DNA of 64,000 nucleotides from Octopus vulgaris (Eukaryota): positions 558,001 through 622,000 of the forward strand of contig OX597816.1 in NCBI GenBank assembly GCA_951406725.2. Reading direction: 5' to 3'. Below the pieces are notes generated by a model. The model did no database searches. It saw only the letters and a list, made by a program, of their open reading frames with translations, and was not told the DNA's origin. Positions 41,841 to 53,201 of this stretch are shown piece after piece. The position numbers were made by a program, and so were the translations under genes. Positions within the stretch are counted from its first letter, which is position 1; each line of letters opens with the position of its first letter.

Positions 41841-43719
41841 GTGAGTATTAATGTTTTAATGGAAGTTATCTATATACAGAAAAAAAGATTTATTCACTTA
41901 TTTTCCATTTCAACTATTTTCTCATCTATCTGCAGGTTTATTATACTGTTTGCTGCTCTCTACCTTTCCTTTGCTGCCAATTAGCACCACTTCTTTCCAG
42001 AGCCACTCCATTTCTTTCACTCCCTACCATTATACTGCTATGTACCATCGACCATACCTCTACTCTTGTTCCATTCACTATACTCATTCTCCTCCCATCT
42101 CTGATCATCTGTCACTCTCCTCTCACAATCTTAGGAACTTGCTTCACGGTCCTTTGTCTGTGTTCTCTTTGATAATTCCCATCTTGTATCTTGAGAATAA
42201 ACTCTCTGACACCTCATCATTGTCTTCTTCCCAACTGATCCTATCCGCTCTCATATGATGTGGGATAGTTCTTTACAGTAAGACATTTGTTCCTGTCTCT
42301 CCATCATGCTTTAGCCTCTCAACACCTGACATAAAGCCACCTCCCTCTCTACTACATCCCCACTCTATCAAACGTACCTTTTCTTTGTCTTCTTTGTTAT
42401 TTTGTGACCTCACTAGTGCTGGTGTCATGAAAAAAGAGCACCTGGCTCATTCTGACATTAGGAAGGGTATCCAGCTGTAGAAACCCTGCCAATGCAAACA
42501 TTACAGTACCACACAATCATGGGTTTCATTGGATCCTGCTCAACTATCCAACTCATGTTGGCATGGACCACATGTTAAATGATGATGATGCAGCATGTTA
42601 CAGATTTCCTAGATTAACCTTAATTCTTCATATTGTAGTTTTCTTGTATTTCATATTATGTAATCCCTTGTCTCTTAACTCGGTTATCTCAGATTTTCCT
42701 TCATTAAAATCTGTTCTCAGGACTTGAAGTTTATTCACCAAGTTTCCCAAGATCATCATAGGGTGATCCAGCCTGTTAGAAATAACAGCTAAATTTTGCT
42801 CAGATCACATTCTGCCATTATAACTCTGTATAATACAGTTTTAATTACACTTCTCATCAGCAGCTGCATCATCATTCTAATGTCTACTCTTCCATGCTTG
42901 CATGGAACACACTGTGACATATTTTCTATGGCCAGATGCCCTTCCGATTACCAGCCCTCACTCATTTCCAGATGAGGTAATTATTTCCTATGGTTGAACA
43001 TGTTTTCATGGAAGATCAGAAACAGTGAACACTGCTTATATGATGTGATGCTTGTTCACAACCAGCACATGATGTCATCATTGTTTAATGTCTATTTTTC
43101 CTAAGTCAGATGGAATTTGTTGAGACAGACTTTCTATGGCTGGATGTCCTTCCTTTCTCCAACTTTTACCTGTTTCCAAGCAAGATAATATTTCTCCATG
43201 GTCTGACATGTTTTCCTGAAAGATCGGAAACAAAGAACACTGTTTGTACAAAAATGATGCTCATTTAAAAGCACCACACAACGTCAAAAGAAGGTGACAC
43301 AAGCACACACATATATGTATATATACAAGGTGCTTTGGTCAACCCTGGACTATAGTAGAGGACACTTGCCCAAAATGCCATGCAGTAGGACCTAACCCAG
43401 AAACATGTGGTTGGAAAACAAACATCTTGATCACACTGTGATGCCTACACATATAGCAATGAATTCTGGGACAAGAAATAAAGAGACACTATATCCTCCT
43501 TCCTATTGAATTTGTGGGTCACAATTTGGTTGTCCATATGCCTTTATGATTTTGCAACCAAATCTAACAAACAACTTTTGAAATAAAAGCAGCTACATAA
43601 AACTGAATTTTCATATAGCTTCATTGAAACAGCATTTAATGGGGAGGAAAAAACTATTAATAAAGATTTTGGTTATTATTACATAATTGTATGATGATTA
43701 TTATTATTATTATTACACT

Positions 43720-44792
43720 TTCTGGGCATGTTGGACTTAGTCCGGTATTTTCCATGGTGTACATGAGGGTCATGGAATTTTCACCAGGCAGCGGGATGTA
43801 TGGTTGCTCTTAAATACAAAGACCCTCCCTAGTGATGAATGTATCCCCCAACATAGACTTGTTGTTAGTGACTTTAGACTCCAGGTCAGACGGATGCCAA
43901 GAAACAGACCAATCTGGAAACTTAAGAACCCTTCATGTGCTCAGAGATTTAGAGACATCCTAATTGAAAAATTTGATGAAAGGAAGGAGGAGCTACAAAC
44001 TTGTGACATAGAGGGCAACTGGAAATTCCTGTGGAACAGTTTTCCAATTGCCACAGACCAAATCTATGAGTAGTGCAAAATCCCAACCAGACCTAGGGTA
44101 ATGTTGTGGTGGAGCTTTTCAGTAGACAAGGCCATTAGAGCAAAGAAACGGGACTGGAAGAGTAGGTGCAGCAGGGAACTGTATCAGATAGCCAGAAAGG
44201 AAGCTAAGAGACAGGTACATCTAGCCAAGGGAGAAGTAGAAAAGAAGAAGTTTGCCTATGTTCAGTAACATGAGGACCAAAGAACTGAAGTATTTCAGAT
44301 TGCGAGACAGCGTGTGAGAGAAAATCGTGATGTCATAGGAGAGAAATGTGTCCGCATGGATGATGGTGCACTTGCATTTCATGGTTCTGCAAAGAAAGAG
44401 GCTTGGAAATGCCGTTATGAAAGACTGCTGAACGTGGAGAATGAATGGGAAGAGGAGTTTCTGCCAAATGTTGACCCAATTGAGGGACCAGCTACCTGAA
44501 TCAATAGTATCTTGGTAGATAAAGCAATTAAGGATATGAAGGCAGGGAAAGCCCCTGGTCCATCAGGAATTACCACTGAAATGCTTAAAATATCTGGCAG
44601 TGTGGGTTATGGTCTAGTCACCCTTATTGTAGATTAGGTAGTTCATGAAGGATTCATACCCAATGACTGGTGTAGCAGCACCATAGTCAACTGTTACAAA
44701 GGTAACGGTGATGCCTTAGATAGAAATAATTACAGAGGTATCAAATTGTTGAATCAGGTGATAAAAGTTAAGGAAAGAATCAGAGCCCAACT
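43720..44792 (+). mobile_element. RTE LINE fragment (end of APE endonuclease to start of RT)
   Basis: ECIPQHRLVVSDF..IWKLK, EKCVRMDDGAL..KKEAWKCRYERLLNVENEW and GKAPGPSGITTEMLK motifs. Confidence 0.88.
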
Positions 44793-45089
44793 AATAATAA
44801 TTATAATAACTTCAAATTTTGGTGCAAGGTCAGCAATTTTGGGGGAAAGGGTAAGTTGATTACATCAACCCCAATGTTTAACTGATACTTATTTTATCGA
44901 CTGCGAAAGGATGAAAGGCAAAGTTGACCTTGGCAGGATTTGAACTCAGAACGTGAAGACAGACAAAATGTCACTAAACATTTTGCCTGGTATGCTAACG
45001 ATTCTGCCAGCTCACTGCCAATAATAATGATATTTATTTTATTATCCACAAGAGCAATAAATGAAGGGGATAATACAAAGACAGATATA

Positions 45090-46060
45090 CACTATGTTCC
45101 ACATTAATAGGCAAATGAACCTTTTCTCAATAAATAAATGTATATTTGTTCAAAACCAGTTGTTTTCCCATTGACTGTTGGCAACACCTATCTGTGCATA
45201 TTCTGTTAAAATACATCTGGTCTGTGCAGACACCAACAAATGGTGTCCATTTTTGTGATTAGGCAACATTTTCACCGTCACAAATTATTAGGCAAGTATA
45301 ATAAAAATGATAGTGTGAGAACAAACATTTATTTCATTCAACAGTAAAAGTTTCAGAAAAAAATTATTCATAAAGGACTTAATGGTAAACATAATAATAC
45401 GTTGGAATGAAAATAATCATGGGATTATGATGTCAACTTCTCCTAATGTTTGATGTATGGTGCTCCACATGCAATAACCTTCCTTACGCTCTGATCCATT
45501 GAATTTGTCAAAGTGATGATGTCCTCTTGTGTCATGCTTTGAGCAGCATCCCAGAGAGCAACTTTACTTGAAAACTGCCGTCCATCTTGGTAAACGCACC
45601 TCTTCAGGACACTCCACAAGTTCTCGATCGGGTTTAAGTCAAGGGAACAAGGTGGCCACTCCATCAGACGACCTCCACAGAAGCCTATTTGCTGCAGGTG
45701 TTCCTTAGAATTCTTTGCTGCATGAGACAGGGCATTATCTTCCATGAAGACTAGCTTTCTCTTGAATGAAAGTTTTTGCTTTTTGAACCATGGTTGGAAA
45801 TTGTCCTTTAAGAAGGTAACATGTTTTTGATGTCATCTTAATGCAATCTGGGACTTTTCATGGCCCGACCATCATACCACAAACGATGCCAGCCCAAAAC
45901 ATAACCCCCACCTCTCCCCTTTTGACATCTCAAGCTATGAGGCCAGTTTCCTCTGATTGATACCAAACCTTTACTCCAGCCATCTGGTCAGTCAAGAGTA
46001 GCACAGCATTCATCAGTGAACAAAACTGTTGATAAATCTATCTCCATGTATTCTTCAGAC
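45090..46060 (-). mobile_element. Tc1 (DD34E) transposon 3' half
   Basis: ORF 45443-45745: DNALSH...WPPCSLDLNPIENLWSVLKR. Upstream FTDECCATLD and MFWAGI motifs; TA|CACTATGTTCC end. Confidence 0.85.
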
Positions 46061-47185
46061 TGGGCCTTGCAACAGGTTTAACAGTTTGTGAATTCAACAA
46101 TTATTATTCATATACACTTAACAGATTAGACTATTGGAAAAGGACAGATTCCTAACAAGAACCCTCTTATTGGGTTACAGCAAGTAACCTTACATGCCAA
46201 GAACCCTCCTAAGTATCCTAGCTGTCCCTAATAACACTGTTTGCTGCAGCTGGGTTTTATGCCTGTTTCCTCTATCCATATTATTATTATTGAGTGAGAG
46301 AGCAACGCATGCCATCAAAGTGGTATTGAGGTGTAAATATATGTTATTATTATTATGAAACTTCACTTAATGAAGTAAAAAGCTAGATAGATAGGAATAA
46401 CAGATAGAGATAACAGACATTGAGCTCTTTATTCTGTAAGCTCATCTCTTTAACTTTAAAATCATCTTATAACTTCACACGATTCAGTGTCAATAATAAT
46501 GGAAATAGCTTTCATTATGATACCGCTTTCCACTTTTTTTTTTTAAACTATAGCCACCAGACCCTGTCAACTGTCCAACCCATGCCGTGGTGGTGATGAT
46601 AATTATGGAAGTGTGATCGTTGTGGTTGTGATGATGATTATGGGAGCGTTGTGGTTGTGATGACATTGCTTTTAAGGTTATTTGATTATAGCTTTGGTGT
46701 GCTGCCAATTGCGTTACTGAGGCCCTCTTATAGGTGCATCCCTAACAGGGTGTTATTGTGGCTCTTTTCAAGCTGCTCAGAAACAGTCTTATTTAGACAG
46801 ATATTTCTTATAAGATTTGCTTCATAATCTCATTCAATTCCCAAATGACTCCTTAGCATCCACTAATTTTCTTGGATCTGTTACTTTATTTGATGTAATA
46901 AGGATATTTTCAGCATTAGTTAGCTACATTACCTAAAACAAAGTTGCTGTTGATTCATCTTACAGGTAAATTGTAGAATGTGGCCTGCATCTGTATGTGT
47001 GTTCATATTAAAGCATCAAAAACATACATGTTCTTACTTTAGTACCTGTTTTAACAACTATTATTGTCTTCTGTTTCAGTTTAATTACAATGTTTAGTAT
47101 CTTAGTAGCCAATGCTACACATTTTTACATGTATGTACATACATATATGGATATTTACTGAAAACCTATTTTCTATTATTTTAAG

Positions 47186-47245
47186 AATCATCCCTCAAGC
47201 ATTGTTCAGCCGTTTTGGATTATCAATTGGTGCTATTCTAAGTCC
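47186..47245 (+). CDS. CNNM/DUF21 gene, 60-nt exon B
   Basis: Acceptor ttattttaag|A and donor CC|gtaagt. Phase 2 joins GA|A (Glu) and gives EIIPQALFSRFGLSIGAILSP, continuing the conserved FGEIxPQ..SR.GL.IGA motif. Not in the ORF track; found by reading. Confidence 0.92.
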
Positions 47246-47321
47246 GTAAGTGATATTTTTTTTAAATACATTTCTATGATCACATTTTCTCTTTATTTTT
47301 TGTGAAGCCTTCATTTGCAAA

Positions 47322-47745
47322 ATCATCATCCTCATTTTAACATCCACTTTTCCATGCTTGAATGGGTTACATGGAGTTTATTGAGGCAGATTTTCGATGA
47401 CCAGATGCCCTTCCAGTTGCCAATGTTCACCAGTTTCCAAACAAGGTAGTATTTCTCTGTGGCCAGACATGGTCTCGCAGTATATTTGAAATGAATGAAA
47501 TAGTTTGTATGGCAGTGATAATCATTTGCAACTATTGCATAATGACAAGGAGTCACACACACACACGTGCATACATACATATATATGAAGAGTTTCTTTC
47601 AGTTTCTGTCTATTAATTCCGCTCACAAGGCTTTGGCTGACCTGGAGCCCAAGAAGAAGACACTTGCCCAAGGTGTCACACAGTGGAACTGAACTGAAAA
47701 CCATGCGGCTGAGAGTCAACTTTCTAAGCCACACAGCCATGTGTG
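47322..47745 (-). mobile_element. tRNA-derived SINE family B
   Basis: Head TGGCTGTGTGG..GTTCAGTTCC; tail GGAAGGGCATC...AGCATGGAAAAGTGGATGTTAAAATGAGGATGATG. Confidence 0.75.
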
Positions 47746-48654
47746 CAAAATAGACATTCACGCTACAAGCTGAAATTTTTTATTCAGTTTCTAGAGAAAA
47801 ATAGTTCTATTTAGCAATGAGATACTAGAATCGACCCAGGTTGTTGTTGTTGTCATGGCCCTTATGGCCAGTAAAGAAATCATCATCATCATCACTAGTA
47901 GTTATGGTTACAGAATTTAGCTCAGAAGTAAGAATACACAACAGTCAGACTTTCAAAGAATTTTTTTATCATTTTCCTCTGCACTGATATTGAGTTGATC
48001 AAACATCATAGTTGTAGGAGGTGAAGATCATTGAAAAGAAAACTAGTTCCTAGTCAATTAAATTGTTATCTAATTTTGATTCTCAGCTTCCAATGATGGC
48101 CTTTAAAAATGATATTAACATCACAAATGTGTTTTGTTTCAATAAGAGATAATATAATAAAAGTACTGAAGTGAAAGTATGTTTGTAGCTCTAGGAGAAC
48201 TTTGTGATTTGTTCAGCATGGTTTCTATTTGGAGAACGTGCAATTCTTGGAATAGATGTTCTGGGGCAGAGAGTAAATAGGCAAACAAGCCTATCCAGGA
48301 AGATGAAAATTAAATGAGGTACATCAAGGAGAAGGAGACAAATTTTTACTGTCAAGAATGTTTAGCAACTTAAATCTTGAAGTGTTTCAGCTCAAAGTTC
48401 ATCAGATTCAATGGAATACGCAGATAGAAAAGTAAAGAAACCAAAGACTAATAGAAAGGAAATGAGGATTAAATGCAGTTTCACTATCTCTCCCTCATGT
48501 GCCTGCATGCATGTGTGTGTGTGGACACAAAAGATCTGAGCATTTTATTTTCATGTTCACAAAACTTTAATACAGGAGCTATTATAATGTGTCAAGTGCT
48601 ATTTCTATTCATTTGTTCACTTTCTCTTCTAAATATATGTAAGTATACACACTT

Positions 48655-50397
48655 TAAAGTTAACCTAGCAAAAACAAAGTTGTCAGCAAGAAAGCAAATA
48701 AGACTCTCTCCCTGTCAAGTAAATGGCCCTGCTCAATATATAGGAAAGGAGTTGGAAGTAATTCCATTCACTGCACCCAGTGTAGGCTATTGACACATAA
48801 GAGGTGCAGTGGAATCATAGGTAGATTAAAAGGTAAAGTCATTTTCATATGTAGCAGATGTGCAGGAACAATAAGCCACTAAGAACACACAGGAATTAGA
48901 CTCTCTCAAATGCCCAGGAGGCTCTTGAGGTTGTAGATAGTTTTTGTGATATAGGTGACCAAATTAGCAATGGGAGTGGATGCTCTGAAAATATTGTTTC
49001 TAAAATAAGAAAAGGATGGAGGAATTTCAGAGAGCTTTTATGTCTGTTGGCAACAAAAGGACTCTCTCACAGAGTGAAAGGTAGATTGTATGATGCTTGT
49101 GTGCAAACAGCTATACTCCATGGTAGTGAGATATGGGCTCTGAATGCTGAAGGCATGCGTAGACTGGAAAGAAATGAAGGTAGTTTGCTCCGTTGGATGT
49201 GCAACATCAGTGTGCATGCACAACAAAGTGCAACTTTATTGAGACAAAAGTTGGGCATAGGAGGAACCAGATGCAGCATACAAGAGAGAAGAGTACATTG
49301 GTTTGGTCATGTGATGCATTTACATGACGACAGCTGTATAAAGAAGTACCAATCACTGAAAGCGGATGGCAGCTGTGGAAGAGGGAGACCAGGAAGATGT
49401 GGAATGTAGTGGTGAGGACCAATCTCAGGATGTTGGGCCTCATGGAGGAGGAGATGTCTGGTGATATGAGCTTCTTGAGAAGATCCACCCACTTCAGTGA
49501 AACTGAGTTCTAGAAGCACATGTAACAACAACAACAAAACTTCTCCCATGCCCTACCCTAACAAACCAAACTACATCTCTTCTTCAAATTTCCTCTTTTT
49601 CATGCACTATGCTTATGCTTAACTCTTGCTCCCCAATCCTGTCCTCACTGCCCTGCTCACTGTATCGTTGCTATCCTGTTGTTCCCCAACCCTCTCTATA
49701 TACCCAAATTTTACTAGTCACTGTATTTCCCCACACTCTTTGCATTCATGTGAAGTCTTTACTCCCTACTCATGCACCTTTGGCAGTACCCTACCACTTA
49801 TATTCTGACCTCCCCACCATACCTTGAGGGTATGTTCTGACACTCTGCCACCATCCATCTTTCCCTTGCTCTACTCTACCATCCCATTTACATTCTGATC
49901 CCTGTTTCTTGAGAGTATGCCCTGGCACTTCGCCATCATCTCCCTCCTGCTTTGTTTGCACTCTCTCCCTCTCATTCTTTCTCTCCCTCTGATCATGTAT
50001 CTCTTCTACAGCGACACACCTGTTTCAGGCCTTAGTCTAGATCTCTCTCCCCCACACCAGGTAACCATGTACCTCCTCTACAGCAAGACACCCATTTCTG
50101 TATCTCTGTTACACTCTAATGTTTCATCATCTGCCACAAGTTCACCTCCTTCAATGACCCCCTCCCACTCAAGAATCTTCATCTTGCAAGTTACTTGGTG
50201 ATCCTGCCAGTGCTAGTGCCACATTCAAAGCACTCAGTTCACTCTGCAGTGTGGTTGGTGTAGGAAAGGCATTCAACCGTAAAATCCATGCCAAAACAGA
50301 CACATAAACCTGGTGCAGTCTTCTGCCCGGGCAGCTCCTGTCAAACCATCCAATCCATGCCAGCATGGAAAGTGGATGTTAAATGATGATGATGATG

Positions 50398-50400
<3 letters not shown>
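48655..50400 (+). mobile_element. Older RTE LINE 3' portion with a long pyrimidine-rich 3' UTR and (TGA)n tail
   Basis: ORF 49047-49409 KGRLYDACVQTAILHGSEIW..WFGHVMH, then a CT-rich tract at ~49550-50170 and the family tail at 50200-50400. Confidence 0.8.
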
Positions 50401-50436
<36 letters not shown>

Positions 50437-50444
50437 TATATACA

Positions 50445-52342
50445 TCATCATCATCATCATTTAACGTCCACTTTCAATGCTAGCATGGGTTGGATGGTTT
50501 GACTGGGGTCTGGGAAGCCAGGGGGCTGCACCAGGCCCAGTCTGATCTGGCAGTGTTTCTACAGCTGGATGTCCTTCTTAACGCCAACCACTCCGTGAGT
50601 GTAGTGGGTACTTTTTACGTACAAGGAGGCGCTGGCAATGGCCACGTTCAGATGGTTCTTTTATGTGCCACTGGCACTGGTATCACAACTACAATTTCCA
50701 TTGATTTTTGATCGATTTCAATTCCAATTTCACTTGCCTCAACAGGTCTTTGCAAGCAGAGTTTCGTGTCCCAAGAAGGAAAAGTATGCATAGAGGCCAC
50801 GGGTATGGCCTCACTTGTCCTGCCGGATCTTCTCATGCACAGCATACTTCCAAAGGTCTCGGTCACTAGTCATTGCCTCGGTGAGACCTAATGTTCGAAG
50901 GTCATGCTTCACCACCTCATCCCAGGTTTTCTTGGGTCTGCCTCTTCCACAGGTTCCCTCAACCACTAGGGTGCGGCACTTTTTCACACAACTATCTTCA
51001 ACCATTCTCGCCACATGGCCATACCAGCACAATCGTCTCTCTTGCACACTACAACTAATCCTTCTTAGGTCCAACTTTTCTCTCAAGGTACTTACACTCT
51101 GTCGAGTAAGAACACTAACATTACACATCCAGCGGAGTATACTGGCTTCATTTCTTGCGAGCTTACACATATCCTCAGCAGTCACAGCCCATGTTTCACT
51201 GCCATGTAATTGGCTGTTCATACACATGCATCATACAGTCTGCCTTTTACTCTGAGCGAGAAGCCTTTTGTCACCAACAGAGGTAAGATCTCTCTGAACT
51301 TTGCCCAGGCTATTCTTACTCTAGCAGTTACACTTTCAGCACATCCGCCCCCGCTACTGACTTTGTAACCTAGGTAACAGAAGCTATCAACTACTTCTAG
51401 TTTTTCTCCCTGGAATGTGGAAGTTGTTCTCTGTACATTTTCAGTGTTTATTGCTCCTGAGCATCTGCCACATACAAAAACTATCTTCCTAGTTAGCCTT
51501 CCTTTGACATTGCTGCACCTCTTATGTGTCCATAGCTTACACTTGGTGCATCTTATAGAGTTTCTACCTACGCCTTTTCTACAGATCGAGCAAGGCCATC
51601 TACCTGAAGGCATTTGTGACTTGTCTACCTTCCTACTTATTAGGACTTTGGTTTTAGCTAGGTTGACTCTAAGGCCCTTCGATTCTAATCCTTGCTTCCA
51701 CACCTGAAACTTCTCCTCCAGTTCTGATAGTGATTCAGCAATTAGAGCAAGGTCATCAGCGTAGAGGAGCTCCCAGGGACATCCTGTCTTGAATTCCTCC
51801 ATTATTGCCTGGAGGACTATGATAAATAGGAGGGGGCTGAGGACTGAACCTTGGTGGACCCCTATCTCTGCCCGAAATTCTTCACTGTACTTGTTGCCAA
51901 CCCTCACCTTACTAACAGTGTTCCTGTACATGGCTCGCACAGCTCTCACTAACCATTCATCTATCCCTTGTTTCCTCATTGACCACCAGATAAGGGATTG
52001 GGGGACCCTGTCAAAGGCTTTCTCCATGTCAACTAAAGCCAGGTACAGAGGTTTATCTTTGGCTAGGTATTTCTCCTGCAGCTGTCTTACCAGGAATATA
52101 GCATCAGTGGTGCTTTTCCCTGGTATTATCCAAACTGCATCTCATCTAAACTGACTCTTTTTCTAATTAGTTGGGCTATGACCCTCTCCGTGACCTTTAT
52201 TACCTGATCCAGCAATTTGATACTCCTGTAATTATTTGTATCTAAGGTGTCACCTTTACCTTTGCAGCCTCGTTTAGTGCAAGTGAACCATCATCCATGC
52301 GGACACATTTCTCTCCTACCACATCACGATTCTCTCTCGCAC
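50445..52342 (-). mobile_element. Younger RTE LINE, 5'-truncated, with complete 3' UTR
   Basis: ORFs 51218-52027 (KAFDRV, GVHQGSVLSPLLF, WELLYADD, PHD-like CxxC..CxxC..H.xC insert) and 50811-51227. The tail ends in (TGA)n at ~50445. Confidence 0.93.
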
Positions 52343-52351
52343 ACTATATAT

Positions 52352-52387
<36 letters not shown>

Positions 52388-52391
<4 letters not shown>

Positions 52392-53152
52392 CAACAGTTC
52401 TTGGGAGTGGCCATGGGAACGTGAATGGGCCCCAACTATGCGAACCTGTTCGTTGGTTATGTTGAGGCCCAAATATTCTCTAGTTTCACTGGTCCCACTC
52501 CCAAACTATACGGTCGTTATATTGACGACATTATCGGTGCCACCTCACTCTCCCGTGAACATCTAGATTCCTTCCTCTTTTGTTCAATCCTTCCATCCTG
52601 CCCTCCACTTCACCTCCACTATCTCCAACACCTCTGTCTCCTTCCTCGACATTTTGGTCAGCATTCATCACTCCACTCTTACCACCTCTATTCACTACAA
52701 ACACACAGACTCACACTCATACCTAACTCCCACCCCAAACACATCAAGCTTTCCATCCCCTATTCCCAATTCCTCCGTCTACGTAGGCTCTGTAGTGACA
52801 ACCATGACTTTGAGACTCAGTCTCAACGCATGGCTCGCCACTCCATCCTACGTGGATACTCCCTCACCACTATCCACATCGCCCTTGCCAGAGCACGTTC
52901 CATAGACTGTGCATCTGCTCTCTCCCCCTGAACCCGCCCTGTAGTCTCCCGCCTCCCTTTTCCCCTCACTTACCACCCCACGACCCTACCTCTCCAACGC
53001 ACCATTCTTCGAGCTTTCCGGCATCTCCAGTCTGACCTGTCCACTTCACACCTCTTCCCTAACTGACCCCTCCCCTCCTTCAAACGATCCTGTAACCTAC
53101 AAGACCTTTTGGTCCACAGCTCCTTCCCTGACCCTACCTCCCAACCTGGCTC
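52388..53152 (+). mobile_element. Penelope-like element (PLE) reverse transcriptase fragment
   Basis: GVAMGT*MGPNYANLFVGYVE...YGRYIDD, SFLD, HPKHIKLSIPYSQFLRLRRLCS..F......RGY motifs. Starts immediately after a (TA)n tract. Confidence 0.88.
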
Positions 53153-53201
53153 GTTGATAGATAGATAAACAAACAGACAGGCAGACATACATGCACACAT
53201 A

